Source: Polymyxa betae A26-41 (taxonomy: Eukaryota > Protista > Endomyxa: Phytomyxea). Taken from it: 33,630 bases of DNA. The notes under the pieces were generated by a model. The model was given only the letters and a program-made list of their open reading frames with translations. It was not told the DNA's origin and ran no database searches. This document shows positions 22,578 to 33,630 of this stretch, piece by piece. Both the position numbers and the translations under genes were made by a program. The DNA is taken from positions 1-33,630 of the forward strand of contig RBZT01000960.1 in the NCBI GenBank assembly GCA_003693705.1, written 5' to 3'. How positions within the stretch are numbered: the stretch's first letter is position 1; the number at the start of each line of letters is the position of its first letter.

Positions 22578-24103
22578 ATGGGAAAGTACGATCGAGATGC
22601 ATTGTCAAATCCAATGGAAGTTGCATATGAAGGATCCTCGCCGTATTCTTCAATATGGACATCCTCACGACGTAATCTTCGTAGACAGAGCATCGCTTAT
22701 CAGATTGCACATTTTGGTCGAACTGAATCCCATGTATCTTGTGCAACTGGCCTATATGGACATGCCCTACCTTCCTCTAAAAGACGCATCATCGACCGTT
22801 GTCGGCATAACGATCCCTCATTAATGTGTTTAAAATGGGAGAACATCCCCTGTAACAGCGCGAACCGATCTGGGATAAGCAGTTGCTCGTTATGCGATGG
22901 TCTAGAGCTTTCAATGCTGGCACGTGCGCTGCTCATTAACCGTCACGTTCGCACATTAGATATGTCTGGATTTCGATTGACACCGAGAGCTATACATAGC
23001 ATGGCAGAATTATTCGAACAGAACGGAACTATTGTTCATATTATACTGGACCAAACTGCACTTGGAGATAAGGGCATCGAACTTATATCGAAAGCGTTAA
23101 GCCGTAATGGGACGTTAAAAGTTTTATCAATGAGGAGAGTGGAAATCGGCTGGGTTGGAATGATGTCTTTAGCAGCAGCCTTAGAAAAGAATTTTAGTCT
23201 AACTACGCTTGATATCAGGTCTAATCGAAACCAGTCGGACTAACAAAATCTTTGAAACGGTTATTTAGGGATAACTACATTTACCAACGTGGCGCTCGAG
23301 CATTAGCTCAAGGTCTGCGATCCAATACAGCTTCGAAACTGACATCGTTAGATATGCAATCAACTTCTATCAATATGAAAGGAGTTGAAGCTATTATGGA
23401 TATCATATGCGGTAATTCCTGCTGCCAGCTCCATCATCTAAACTTAAGCAATAATTTCGCTGGAACGGCCGGAATAACGATTGTGGCCAATTCGCTTATA
23501 TTCAACAGAACGCTCACTATTCTCAATCTGGCTGGAAACATTTGTAAGACTACAGAATTCGCAAGCCACATGGTTTAGTTTTCTGCAGGTGGAGATGAGG
23601 GGGCTATACAGCTGGCCAGAGCAATTCGAGCAAATTCCTCGTTGATTCATTTAAACCTTTCGTTGAATGATATACGGGACAATGGGGCCACGTCATTAGC
23701 AGCTGCACTGCAATGGAATACTGGCTTGCAACACCTAGATATCAGTATGAATAAGATTTCAAGTGTTGGACTTCGTGCTATATCTCTGGCTCTTATCGTC
23801 AACAACCATCTCGTCTCGTTAGATGCTGGGTCCAATATATCTGATACGATCGTTCAGGGCTGTTTCACATTTGAAATCTGTCGAAGGTTAAAACAAAATC
23901 GATCACGAGTTTCGCTGGCCTTGGAGTTGGGAATACTCCTGAATTGCACAAAATCTTCCACCTGGAGAAACGCCAAACAATACGCTGCTGGAATGCCCAA
24001 TCATTCTTGTGCAAGCTGTTTTGAATGTCGGGGAACATCGATTGACGACGTCAATGACTGCAAAACAATATTAAATCGAATTTGGTCATTCGTTAGGAAA
24101 TAG
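22578..24103 (+). CDS. Ribonuclease-inhibitor-like leucine-rich-repeat protein (NLRC3-like LRRs), 3 exons
   Basis: 28-residue repeats of the type L..N.TL..L.L..N.IG..G...LA.AL continue across two GT-AG introns near 23220 and 23543. Confidence 0.85.
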
Positions 24104-24292
24104 AAGTAAACAACGATAATGACATCGACTGTCTATATTCGCAAGTGAAATCTGATAGCATAACAAGTAAATAACGCACCAAAAGGGGATCTTTGTAAAC
24201 CTGTTTTTTATACTAGAAGTGCGCGATACAAAAACCTGCCTTGAAATCAACAAAACAGCGAGCTTTTCGTCTCGGACTCGGTATGAAATCTG

Positions 24293-25898
24293 ATGATCAC
24301 TTCATTGGTGATCTTTATTGCTGTCTATAGCGCTATTATATCACTGATCGCAGGATTCGTCAAGGTCTTTATGATTCGAACTCTGAGTTAAGCACTGATC
24401 CTCAATACAGCGGCGATTTGAATGTGTGAAGGTAGAGCCACATTGGTATGCTGTAACTTTCCGATATCAGATCGGTCTGGAATCGATCTGTGATATCCAA
24501 GAACGTCTTCGCAGACATCGCCAGCTCCATGTGCTATGGTTCGGGTTGGGCATCAAATTGGCTTTAATATTAATGGAATGCAATTTCAATTCATGGCTTT
24601 GTTCTTGTATTAAACCTGATTTCAGGTTGTCACATCGATTATATTATTCAAAAATATTATACAGCTCGTTTATGAGTTTAATAGACCGCCTTCAACATTA
24701 ATTGGTAGGAACGGATTGTCGTTAATTTCTTATTTATGATGATATGCAAGTATTTATGGTTTTGTTATCGCTCACTAACTGGCTAACGTCTGTTTAGTTC
24801 CTGTGGTGCCTGGCTTGACGGTCCCTTTATGGCAGATTGGTTATATCTGGATCTCTGTAATTATAGCTATATGTGCTCATGAATTAGGACATTTCCTCTG
24901 TGCTATACTCTACGATGTATTTGATACTGCTGCACTATTCATTCAGCCTATCAATGACTGTTTTGTAGATTCCTGTCCATGACATCGGCTTAACACTGTC
25001 TGTGCTTCCAATGGCTTTTGTTAGTCTGGATTCGGAAGCTTTACAAGCACGTCCCAGCTGGGTTCGTCGCTCTGTTGCCAGTGCTGGAATCCTTCATAAT
25101 ATCGCTGTAGCACTAGTCGCTTCTGCTTTGCTATTTGCGTTGCCCATATATCTGTATCCATTTTATCAGACATGTTTGTATCCTATTGTTCGAAGTTGTT
25201 CTTCAAGCTCCCCGCTAAATCCCAGCATTATTAATGGAGTGACCGAGATACAGGCGATAAATAGCATATCATTGAGTAATGCCAACTCATTAATACCAAC
25301 CTTACAGACGATCATTAGCGGAAGTGACGGCATCTGCATATCTGATCGTATTATCGATTACAGCAATAACGAATGCTGCACTTCATCATCACCTGAGCTA
25401 TGCATGTCAACTTCCAGTCAGCATCAATTCTGCATTCAATCGAAATCACAACTTCCGCGATATTCGATTCTATGTGATACCAATCAAGCGTGTACATTAC
25501 AAGATTACCCAACATGCAGTTATTTGCAAGACAGAAACTCCAGAATCGTCTATATAACGACACAGTCCTCAACGTTAATCTTCGTCGGAAATCCTGCCGA
25601 GCTTAGCATAACATTGGAACTAGCCGATTATGTAGGCCGTTCGAGTTTCATACCGATTTCGATTCCATTATGGATTGAACGCCTTCTCAAGGCTATCATC
25701 TTCATTAACATCTCACTGGCACTTGTGAACTCGGGTCCTGTGTTCGGTTTCGATGGCGAACATTTAGTTCAGACTTGGGCATGCACTCCCATTCGATATC
25801 GACGAATCCGGGGTTTGTTGGGCCTAGGAACAGTGTTGCTAATAACAAACGTAATAGCTGCTGTCTCCATCCAATTTATACAATCTATATTAGTATGA
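24293..25898 (+). CDS. MBTPS2: Site-2 protease (M50 intramembrane zinc metalloprotease), 5 exons
   Basis: WFGLG, PVVPGLTVP, HELGH (24878-24892), PMAFV, ASAGILHN, a Cys-rich/PDZ-like insert and NSGPVFGFDG (NxxPxxxxDG). Confidence 0.92.
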
Positions 25899-26140
25899 TT
25901 TGTTATGACTTTATTACCATCGGACATGGGTACGTTTTTTCATTGCTGTGTAGAAAATTAAAAACACGCAGTTACGGTAAATAGGTTGTAGAGAAGCCAA
26001 AAAGCGGAAGTAGAAATTGCGTAAGTTTCTAATCTTGTTGCGCCGATTTTCTGCGCTGCTCGGCCATTATTACGTAGTCCAGATCGAAAATCTCGCTCTG
26101 ATATATCAGATTGCTGCCTGAACTGACTGAAAACAGTGAG

Positions 26141-27719
26141 ATGGGACGGATTCGCTTCCGTCTGGTTTCAAACGATGCTGACAGACCTGCACATTTATGT
26201 AATTTGATGCTGACTGTACTGGTTACCGATTTATGGTTTTTTTTATCGTAGTGACATTTCCATCGGGACTTCCATCAGATCTGGATTCCATGAAATTTTC
26301 AACTGAATCGAGTTCCAGTGAAATTCGTATACAATCAAAACATGGTCATCATGATTACAAGGGTTGCTCATCGAATTCTACCTCATCACGAAAGTCCATG
26401 AAGCTCTTCTGCTTTCTGCCAATATTTTCTGAAGTATTTATCACAGATATATGATTGGGTTGTTCGATACCTGCAGTAAGAAACTTCGTATTGGTACGAA
26501 TGCCACTGGCAGTCTTGTGACCATGAAGCGAGTCGTGCATGATTCCGATCACGCCATCGGCATCGATCGCAATGTCACATCGTTCGCTGAGACCAGGAAG
26601 ATGCTCATCGACGAGTTTGGCAGCAAGAAACGACAACGATCTATGAGAGAGCAGGAGATGAATCGTGTAGATATCGCTACAGCTGGTTCTGCTGGTGCCT
26701 TACAACATGCTCTTAATGCTGGTGCTGAATTACATGGTAACTTAAGAGTATCGCGTCCTTATCATAACTCAATATCTCGATCATACAGATTCATCTGACT
26801 CTAGCAGCAATGTGGCACGTTCATATCTTCCCCCTTATGATGCTACAACCACAGATCGGCAGCAGATCTACCCCGTCGATAAATGTAATAACTGACATGG
26901 TATGGCGCCTATTCTAACATTTCATTTAGTGGTGCCTGGTTCTGTCCTCATGAATATCAATATGAAGTCATTATCAGCTAGATTCAAATCGCAACAGTTC
27001 ACCCATCAAGGCCTTCAAGACGATCAATTCGCCTTCATCGTCTCATTATTACAGTCATTACGTCAGACCTCATCAGGTCGCGACGCCCTTCGCGATCATC
27101 TTCGCCAGCTGGTGAGGATCCTGTATTGATCCCCATTCAATCCCGTTTCACTCACAAATCTGTATCCGTACAGGCTCTATTGAGTTTCATGTTGGATCTA
27201 TATATGAAGAACAATGACATGTTCGATTCAAGTTCGCATCTCTCGAAATCTATTGGCTGCGAAGATGACGTTTCTGATTACCTTCTGCAACAATTTCGTC
27301 AGGTCAGTACCGCCCTATATGACATCTCAGCAGTTATCTCTGATATTGAACTGTGTATAAATAGGAGAAAACTTTACCAAGCGGTAAGATTGTGTATACA
27401 GCTACTGGAGCACATCGTGTCAAACTATTATGTTATATCTGTGTTTTATCATTGATTATATCTGGATTCTCATTATCCAAGATCGCATTCGTTCACCTCC
27501 GAAATGATCTTAAACTCTCTGACGATCTGTGAGTAGTGTATTGAACATCGTGAACCTGATTACTGATTGTTGTGTTATAGATTGTACACACATTTTCTTC
27601 ATATTGGATCAACAATCAAACGTCGATCTACAAGTGATAATGAAGTGACAGTTAGTTTATCTGCACCTCTGAAATTACCAGCACAGAGCACAGGGCCTTC
27701 GAAACGTGGCAGAAAGTAA
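26141..27719 (+). CDS. RPA49: RNA polymerase I subunit A49 (RPA49/PAF53), 8 exons
   Basis: KYMIGLFD, LIDEFGSKKRQR, LPPYDATTTDRQQIYP and terminal V.LSAPLKLP...KRGRK* are typical of the A49 family; GT-AG introns join the frames. Confidence 0.85.
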
Positions 27720-27814
27720 ATCTGCAATCTTCGTTGTTGTATTCATCCATTTTCTGTAAATAAAATCTTTGCTTGCTATCAACTGATTACGAAATTGTTT
27801 ATCATAACGAGCTA

Positions 27815-30291
27815 TTACATAATATCTTTGGAATGATGAGCGCCCTGTTTGTCGGACCTGTATATTTGCAACTCCTGCTTGTTAGGGAGTGCTTCCTGAT
27901 ACTTAGGATAATCGATTGAGTTGAGGTGAGTTATTGCTGCAGCTTGATACCACCAGTATACAACTGTCTATCAATGATTCATTTACTCGTAGTCAATCAG
28001 TCTATACTATTGGTATTTAGGCATCGATGACAGTGCTGATACTCGATCCAAAATCTGAACACATCCAGTTTAATATGAAGCCATCATTGAAGATATCATA
28101 TAGCCAACCTGTGTCATAACAGACTTGATGATGTCCTGGTCCAGATCCGATTCAGTTGATTTCACGAAGAATTCCTGCAGTTTGGCAATGATCGGTTGTT
28201 GATATGATTGTACAGAGGTAGATAATCGTGTATGATGTATATTAACTTGATACCTGAATTTGTGGTATTTAGAAGGAGAAGATACTCAATATAAATCAAT
28301 ATACCTGGACCAGAATGTATTCAGGTCCAAATCACCAATCAGATCACGAACATATTTCATTGTTTCAAGAACCGAACTGGGCCATCGCCATTGGGAGATA
28401 TAATCAGTTCCAATACAATAGAATTGGTTCTGATCAACTAATACATCTTTGATATCATTGATAGGTAGAGATGCTATACGACGTCCTGTCCCAAATTGTA
28501 TGATATGAAGGCCATCACCATCATCATCATATAATATCATAAATGCACCTGTACTATCGAATCTAATACCAGTCGCTCTGCCATCAATACATCCAATAAC
28601 CTTCCCTGATATGAAATCTCGATATTCAATACATCCTATTGCAATACAATTATGACCACAATCAGATATCCAGATGATGTCATACCGGATCGTAATGCTA
28701 TAACAATATAACGATATGATGGATGAAGAGCGAATGTGATGATAGATTCCGATGCAGTTAATGGATGTCGTGATATAATATGATTATTATGTAGATCTAT
28801 GTGACATTGTTGTATAACAGTATCATCTAATGTTGAATATAACAATGTTAATGTTGTTGATGATGATATCGCAGGGATCATGTCAAGTCTTGGTGATGTT
28901 CGAACTGATCCAGTCCTCCATTTGACCGAATCTTGTATAGTAATCCCATGATATTGATCATTAAGTAATATAATACGATGATCTTTCTGATATATAGCTA
29001 GATATCCATTCATTGATATCATTGTAATAATACCAGATGGAGACAGATCCAGACCATGTTTAACATCACCTGTTCTAATATCAAGATAACGTATTAGACC
29101 ATTGGTATCTCCCAGTACTAGCTGGTGCGGGCCAGTACAGCATTGCCAAGTTGGCTGAAATGTGATCGGTAACCATGATAACTATACAAGATAGAATTTA
29201 GAGAGGTTGGAGGATTTGTTGCTAGGGTTAGGGTTTACCTGTGATTTCTGCCACAGTGATAATGACCGATCTGTACAGGCGAATGCAGCTGCTGATCGCA
29301 CCAGACAAGCTGATACGATCCGTGAACGAATAGAAGGGCGTTCGGCGATGATACGTGCGGCGGTCAAGTCGAGGACGTGTACGACCCCATTAGAGTAGAC
29401 GACCAGAAGTATAAAGGATATAGAAGGGTTAGATCGAGATGTGACTTTAATAGATTTAATCTGAACATGACCTAGACTTGGTTCTGGAGCAATAATACGT
29501 TGTAACTGTAGTGAGCCTGTATCATAAATGTATATGTTGCCGTTACAATCTGCAACAGCGATACATGAACCATGACTATGAACATGAGTAGATAATGATC
29601 TCAACTTTATACAACGAATTCCATCTCCATTACTGTCAATGATATGAAGTTGTGATCTTGTTATAACAATATAAAGGTGATTATTACGACAGAAGGTAAC
29701 ACAATCATTCATGATACATGTAACACCATCATTACGATACAGAGACAGTTGGTTCGGGGCAATGATCGCTGCAAACCACGATTGTGTATCAATAGCCTGT
29801 GTTAAGCATTGAATTGATGATTTCATCGTGAAGATATCAATAAATATGATATTGACCCCATCCCATTGATAACGATATAATTGTTCATCAATACTAACAT
29901 ATATATAGTTACTATTATATATGATATCTATTACATGAATATCAGTAATGGGATTATTAATATGTATACGATCTAGACATGTGAGATCCCATATAGACCA
30001 TATACATATAGTACTACCATCAGTTGTAATCAGATATTGATCATACAAGTATGTAGCACGTATAGGGAGTGTATGGGCTATTATATATCGTGATGATGAT
30101 ATAGTCCATGTCCATTCACATATAATATTATGTAATGCAATATATACACAGCTTGTAGTAGAACATTGTAATGCACAATTAGATGCATTAGATAGATAGG
30201 CAATAAGATCAGGTGTTAGATCAATATCATGGGCAATATTATCATGACCATCTTCAAGGAATGGACGTCTGAACACAACATCACATCCCAT
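27815..30291 (-). CDS. Divergent WD40/beta-propeller protein, multi-exon
   Basis: Beta-strand repeats such as LITTDGSTICIWSI, IAVADCNGNIYIYD, VVYSNGVVHVLD, LVLGDTNGLIRYLD, FALHPSYRYIVIA. Intron 29182-29238 joins the two largest ORFs in frame; the last exon ends ...SKDIM*. Confidence 0.75.
29223..29236 (+). repeat. Intronic telomere-like repeat TAGGGTTAGGGTTT
   Basis: Seen directly; adjoins the donor site of WD40 intron 29182-29238. Confidence 0.8.
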
Positions 30292-30373
30292 TGAAGATAT
30301 TTATCTGCAACCGTATCGTCTGCTTGAAGATCTTCCAGATTATTGCTAATAGGTTTATATCTATTTATTATAA

Positions 30374-32851
30374 TCAACTATGTACAGAATAAAGACGAGC
30401 ATGTTGTCTACGACGTATCTGATTACAACGAGCCAATATAATCTGCTCAATACGATGTACCATACGAACCCAAAACTCGGGAATATCGACCATGACCCGA
30501 TTGTATCTGTAGAGTGCAATCAAGTCAGTACAGGTGCGTAGCGGACCCCGCCACGGACTCAACACTTACTCATCTCTTGTAATACAAACGTTGGTAACAG
30601 TTGGATCAGTGTCTGTAGATGCATTAAACTTGTCAACAACCGCATCCAATAAACAATCGAGTGAATCACGAATAGCTTGACCCCAACGACATTCCATTAC
30701 AGCGAACATCTCATCAGCCTGACGGACTAGATTTAGGGCCGTGGCGGACTCCGTCCCTACAATATAGACTCACCCGAATCACGCCGTTCTTATCGAAATC
30801 GAACATCTTGAATAACATGTCGAGTATCTGGTCAGGATCTCCTCTTACCATAATACCAACATTAGTTAGGAAACTTTCAAATGTGATGGCATTCGTATTA
30901 TCCGGATCGAAGACCTGATATCACATTGAATTAGGGGTTTAGGGTTTCGAATATTTGACTCACTCGCTGAAAGTATGAGCCAGCAGTTTCATCAATTTCC
31001 AATATAGATAGTAACTCTATTAGATCTGGACGTGTTATTGAACTACGTCCTGCAGATGCCTTCCAGAACATTGTCAGCCATACTTGAACTTCATCTCGTG
31101 TCCAGACTGCAGTAGCCTATACAATGTTAGGGTTAGGGTTTCCATCATTACAGTTAACACCTCTGTCTTCTCTAATGATGCACGTAATTGATTACCAACA
31201 GCAGCAGTACGTCGAAATACACTTAATGCATGAGCTGTACCAAATACTTTCGTAGTAAATGCTAGACGTTTGTTCATACCAATACCATCTAGTCCTGGAT
31301 AATTTGATGGTGATGATTCATCACGAAATTGGTCGTACAAGATCCGGGTTAATGTTGGTAGAACATCACTGGAGTTGGGAGTTAGGGTTTAGGGTTGTCA
31401 ACGATCTCTAATACCAATTAGTTCGTCCGCGGTTCTTCTGTATCCAATCTGTAAATCGAATATCTACAGGTTTCTCTCGTAAGCATAGATATAATGCATT
31501 ACTGATTGTAGGCTCATTATTAGCTATATTCTGAATACAAATGATAGTTGATATACACAGGATAGTTATTATTCATATAATATTACCTTAAGAGATCTAT
31601 ATTGTCCATCTGTGTCACTAACTAAATAGCATAATATACGGAAATCATTGGGAAATAGTTTATGCAGATCCATTCTCATTAGATCAAATAGATCTCGTGT
31701 AGATACAGTTCCATCATTATCTAGATCATATAGCATATATGCAACTATATACAGCACAGATATCAGCACCAGGGGGCCAGTACGGGGGCGAATAACGATA
31801 ACCCAGTCGTACTTACATTGAAGGCGATTTTGTTTTGCATCTTTGGTAAGAATCGAGAGTAATGCAAAATAATCGGGAGCATCAATAAATTGTGAATTAG
31901 TTGCAATTAGATCGATAAAACGATCTAGAAATTTGCCAGTTTGTATCATATCTATACCATTCTTATGCATAAATCTCTTTAATTGACCTCGTGTTAATAC
32001 AGGTCGAGCTGTTTGACTTGTATGTGGACATAGACCAGTAAATATCATAAGAGCTTCTTGGGCTTCATCCGCATAAACTACAAAATGCCACAAACCCTAA
32101 AACCCTAGCCCTCCCTCTGGATTCTAACACTTACATCGAATATCCTGTTCAATAGCACCAGATGTTTTCCCGAACCAGAGTGATTCCTTCTTAGCAAGTC
32201 CTGGCATTGAACTATTAGTACGGCTATGTTTACGAGAATGGAATGTGATGGGAATCCTGGCCCTTCTGATAGTGATTACATTGCGAGCTGTACCATTCCG
32301 TAATAGATTGGCCTCTTGAACCTGTTTAAGAACACTGCCCACTATATAATATACAGTTGAGTTAGGGTTTTAGGGTTGTTGCATCTTCACTCACTGATAA
32401 CTCGTGTCACATTTAATATTGTCAATAGAGGTGATATGGTCGATTTAGTTGCAGCTGGTGCACGATGTCGGTGTGTTCGGGTTGTCTGTGATAATCTATC
32501 CATGATCAGGCCTGGTCTCATATCATCATCTATTCATCACCTTGGTGTTCGCAACGTGCTACGACATCGAGCATGAAGCTTATCACGAGCAGTCACTGGT
32601 TCGGGTTCGTCAACATCGTCTTCGTTTGTTATCTGGGCTGCATTAGCGACAGGAGCCGTTTCAGATTTCAGATCGGTATCAGCACGAGTCACACCAATCG
32701 CTTTACGACCTCGTATTGATGATAGAATACGACGCCAATCATTACCACGATATGTCCATGGACGCCAATTAATAATCTCTAATAGAGTCTTATCTCGATT
32801 CTTCTCACTTGATAATACTGATGGTCCTAATAGGCTCGAGTCAAGAATCAT
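30374..32851 (-). CDS. Large EF-hand protein with two neuronal-calcium-sensor/calcineurin-B-like modules, multi-exon (both ends uncertain)
   Basis: Module 1: FALLSILTKDAKQNRLQFAYMLYDLDNDGTVSTRDL. Module 2: VFDPDNTNAITFESF...VRGDPDQILDMLFKMFDFDKNGVIRADEM. Frames are joined by GT-AG introns. Confidence 0.8.
30931..30947 (+). repeat. Intronic telomere-like repeat TTAGGGGTTTAGGGTTT
   Basis: Seen directly, inside intron 30915-30963. Confidence 0.8.
31127..31141 (+). repeat. Intronic telomere-like repeat TTAGGGTTAGGGTTT
   Basis: Seen directly, inside intron 31117-31160. Confidence 0.85.
31382..31396 (+). repeat. Intronic telomere-like repeat TTAGGGTTTAGGGTT
   Basis: Seen directly, inside intron 31369-31414. 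Confidence 0.85.
32092..32107 (-). repeat. Intronic telomere-like repeat in opposite orientation (AAACCCTAAAACCCTA on +)
   Basis: Seen directly, inside intron 32078-32134. Confidence 0.85.
32362..32377 (+). repeat. Intronic telomere-like repeat TTAGGGTTTTAGGGTT
   Basis: Seen directly, inside intron 32342-32394. Confidence 0.85.
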
Positions 32852-33630
32852 AATAGCTCACTCCTCTCAGAAGGCAGATGCACAACATTCGACCCAGTAG
32901 TACCCGCCCAATATCTGATCGCAGAGATCCTTCAGAGCATATACCGACACTCTTGTGATATTTGATGGTGTATCAACTATCATGACAAATTAATAGTTCA
33001 GATCTGATAGATGGATTAACCAGGACTCGCTATCAAATAATACGTTTATCTGCACTAAAAACAACCGAATGATACAAAGCGACGTTTTTATCAGTGATAT
33101 TGAAGATGTGAAAGATGTGGTCTTTGTCAGATGTTGGAGTGGATATCAGTTGGTTCAGAACGAAGTCTGTCATTAAATATCGATTAATTTGAGGTATTTG
33201 GAGTTGAATGCAGGATTGAACTTAATTACAAAGTTCACACTCTTAATATAACCGTTATATCGTTGATAGCATGGATCGACATCAGTCATGGCAGCATCTG
33301 TCATAACAAAAATCAACTATGCCTAATAAGAACAGCAAAGCTCGGCCAGATATCGTATCATGTTAAGACATATGAAATAGTCACCCAATATCTGCATCTG
33401 CTCATTGTTCAAACTGAGTTTTAATCAGATGCGAAAGACTCCAGGTGCTTTCCTGATCCGTCCGCAGCGATGATTTGTTTTGCAAAAGTGCGGAGTGTCA
33501 GGTGAATTCCAGCACAGGGACTGTTGGATGTGCTTACTCCATTTATGATGTTAAATACTATATACACAGATACAAGCTTGAGTCAGTACCCTCATGAACG
33601 GGTCATTTTTTAGACCCGACCACAGGTCTG

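Noticed and set aside
33000-33630. Short ORF-like stretches and a CGGGTC...GACCCG hairpin near 33599-33618
   Set aside because: Frames are short with no motif; a 6-bp stem is expected by chance and the window edge prevents assessment.
1-33630. CRISPR arrays, rRNA, tRNA or prokaryotic operons
   Set aside because: None seen; the sequence is intron-rich eukaryotic DNA without regular repeat-spacer structure.

Overview
Gene-dense eukaryotic nuclear DNA, moderately AT-rich, with many short (mostly about 45-60 nt) GT-AG introns. It encodes the ciliary transition-zone protein meckelin and a hevein/CBM18-type chitin-binding protein, and carries TTTTAGGG-type repeats. These fit a flagellated protist, most likely a phytomyxid/plasmodiophorid (inference, not proven). 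In order: the 3' end of an unknown gene, a stand-alone chromovirus-type chromodomain ORF, a GT77-type glycosyltransferase, YAF9/YEATS4, a GPI-type chitin-binding protein, a decayed multi-domain glycosyltransferase pseudogene, TMEM67, UBA1, a probable second pseudogene, an intronless secreted 616-aa coiled-coil/LamG protein, PMM, a HAD-IIA phosphatase, an RI-like LRR protein, site-2 protease, RPA49, a WD40 protein and a double NCS/calcineurin-B-like EF-hand protein. The best leads are four. (1) The 616-aa protein has the architecture of ciliate trichocyst-matrix/granule-lattice proteins fused to a lectin-like domain, a candidate extrusome (Rohr/Stachel) component. (2) Seven introns between 29.2 and 32.4 kb carry telomere-repeat units, often at the branch-point position. 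(3) The S2P gene appears to need a GA-AG intron. (4) The glycosyltransferase pseudogene has a GT25-GT61-GT25-like layout.
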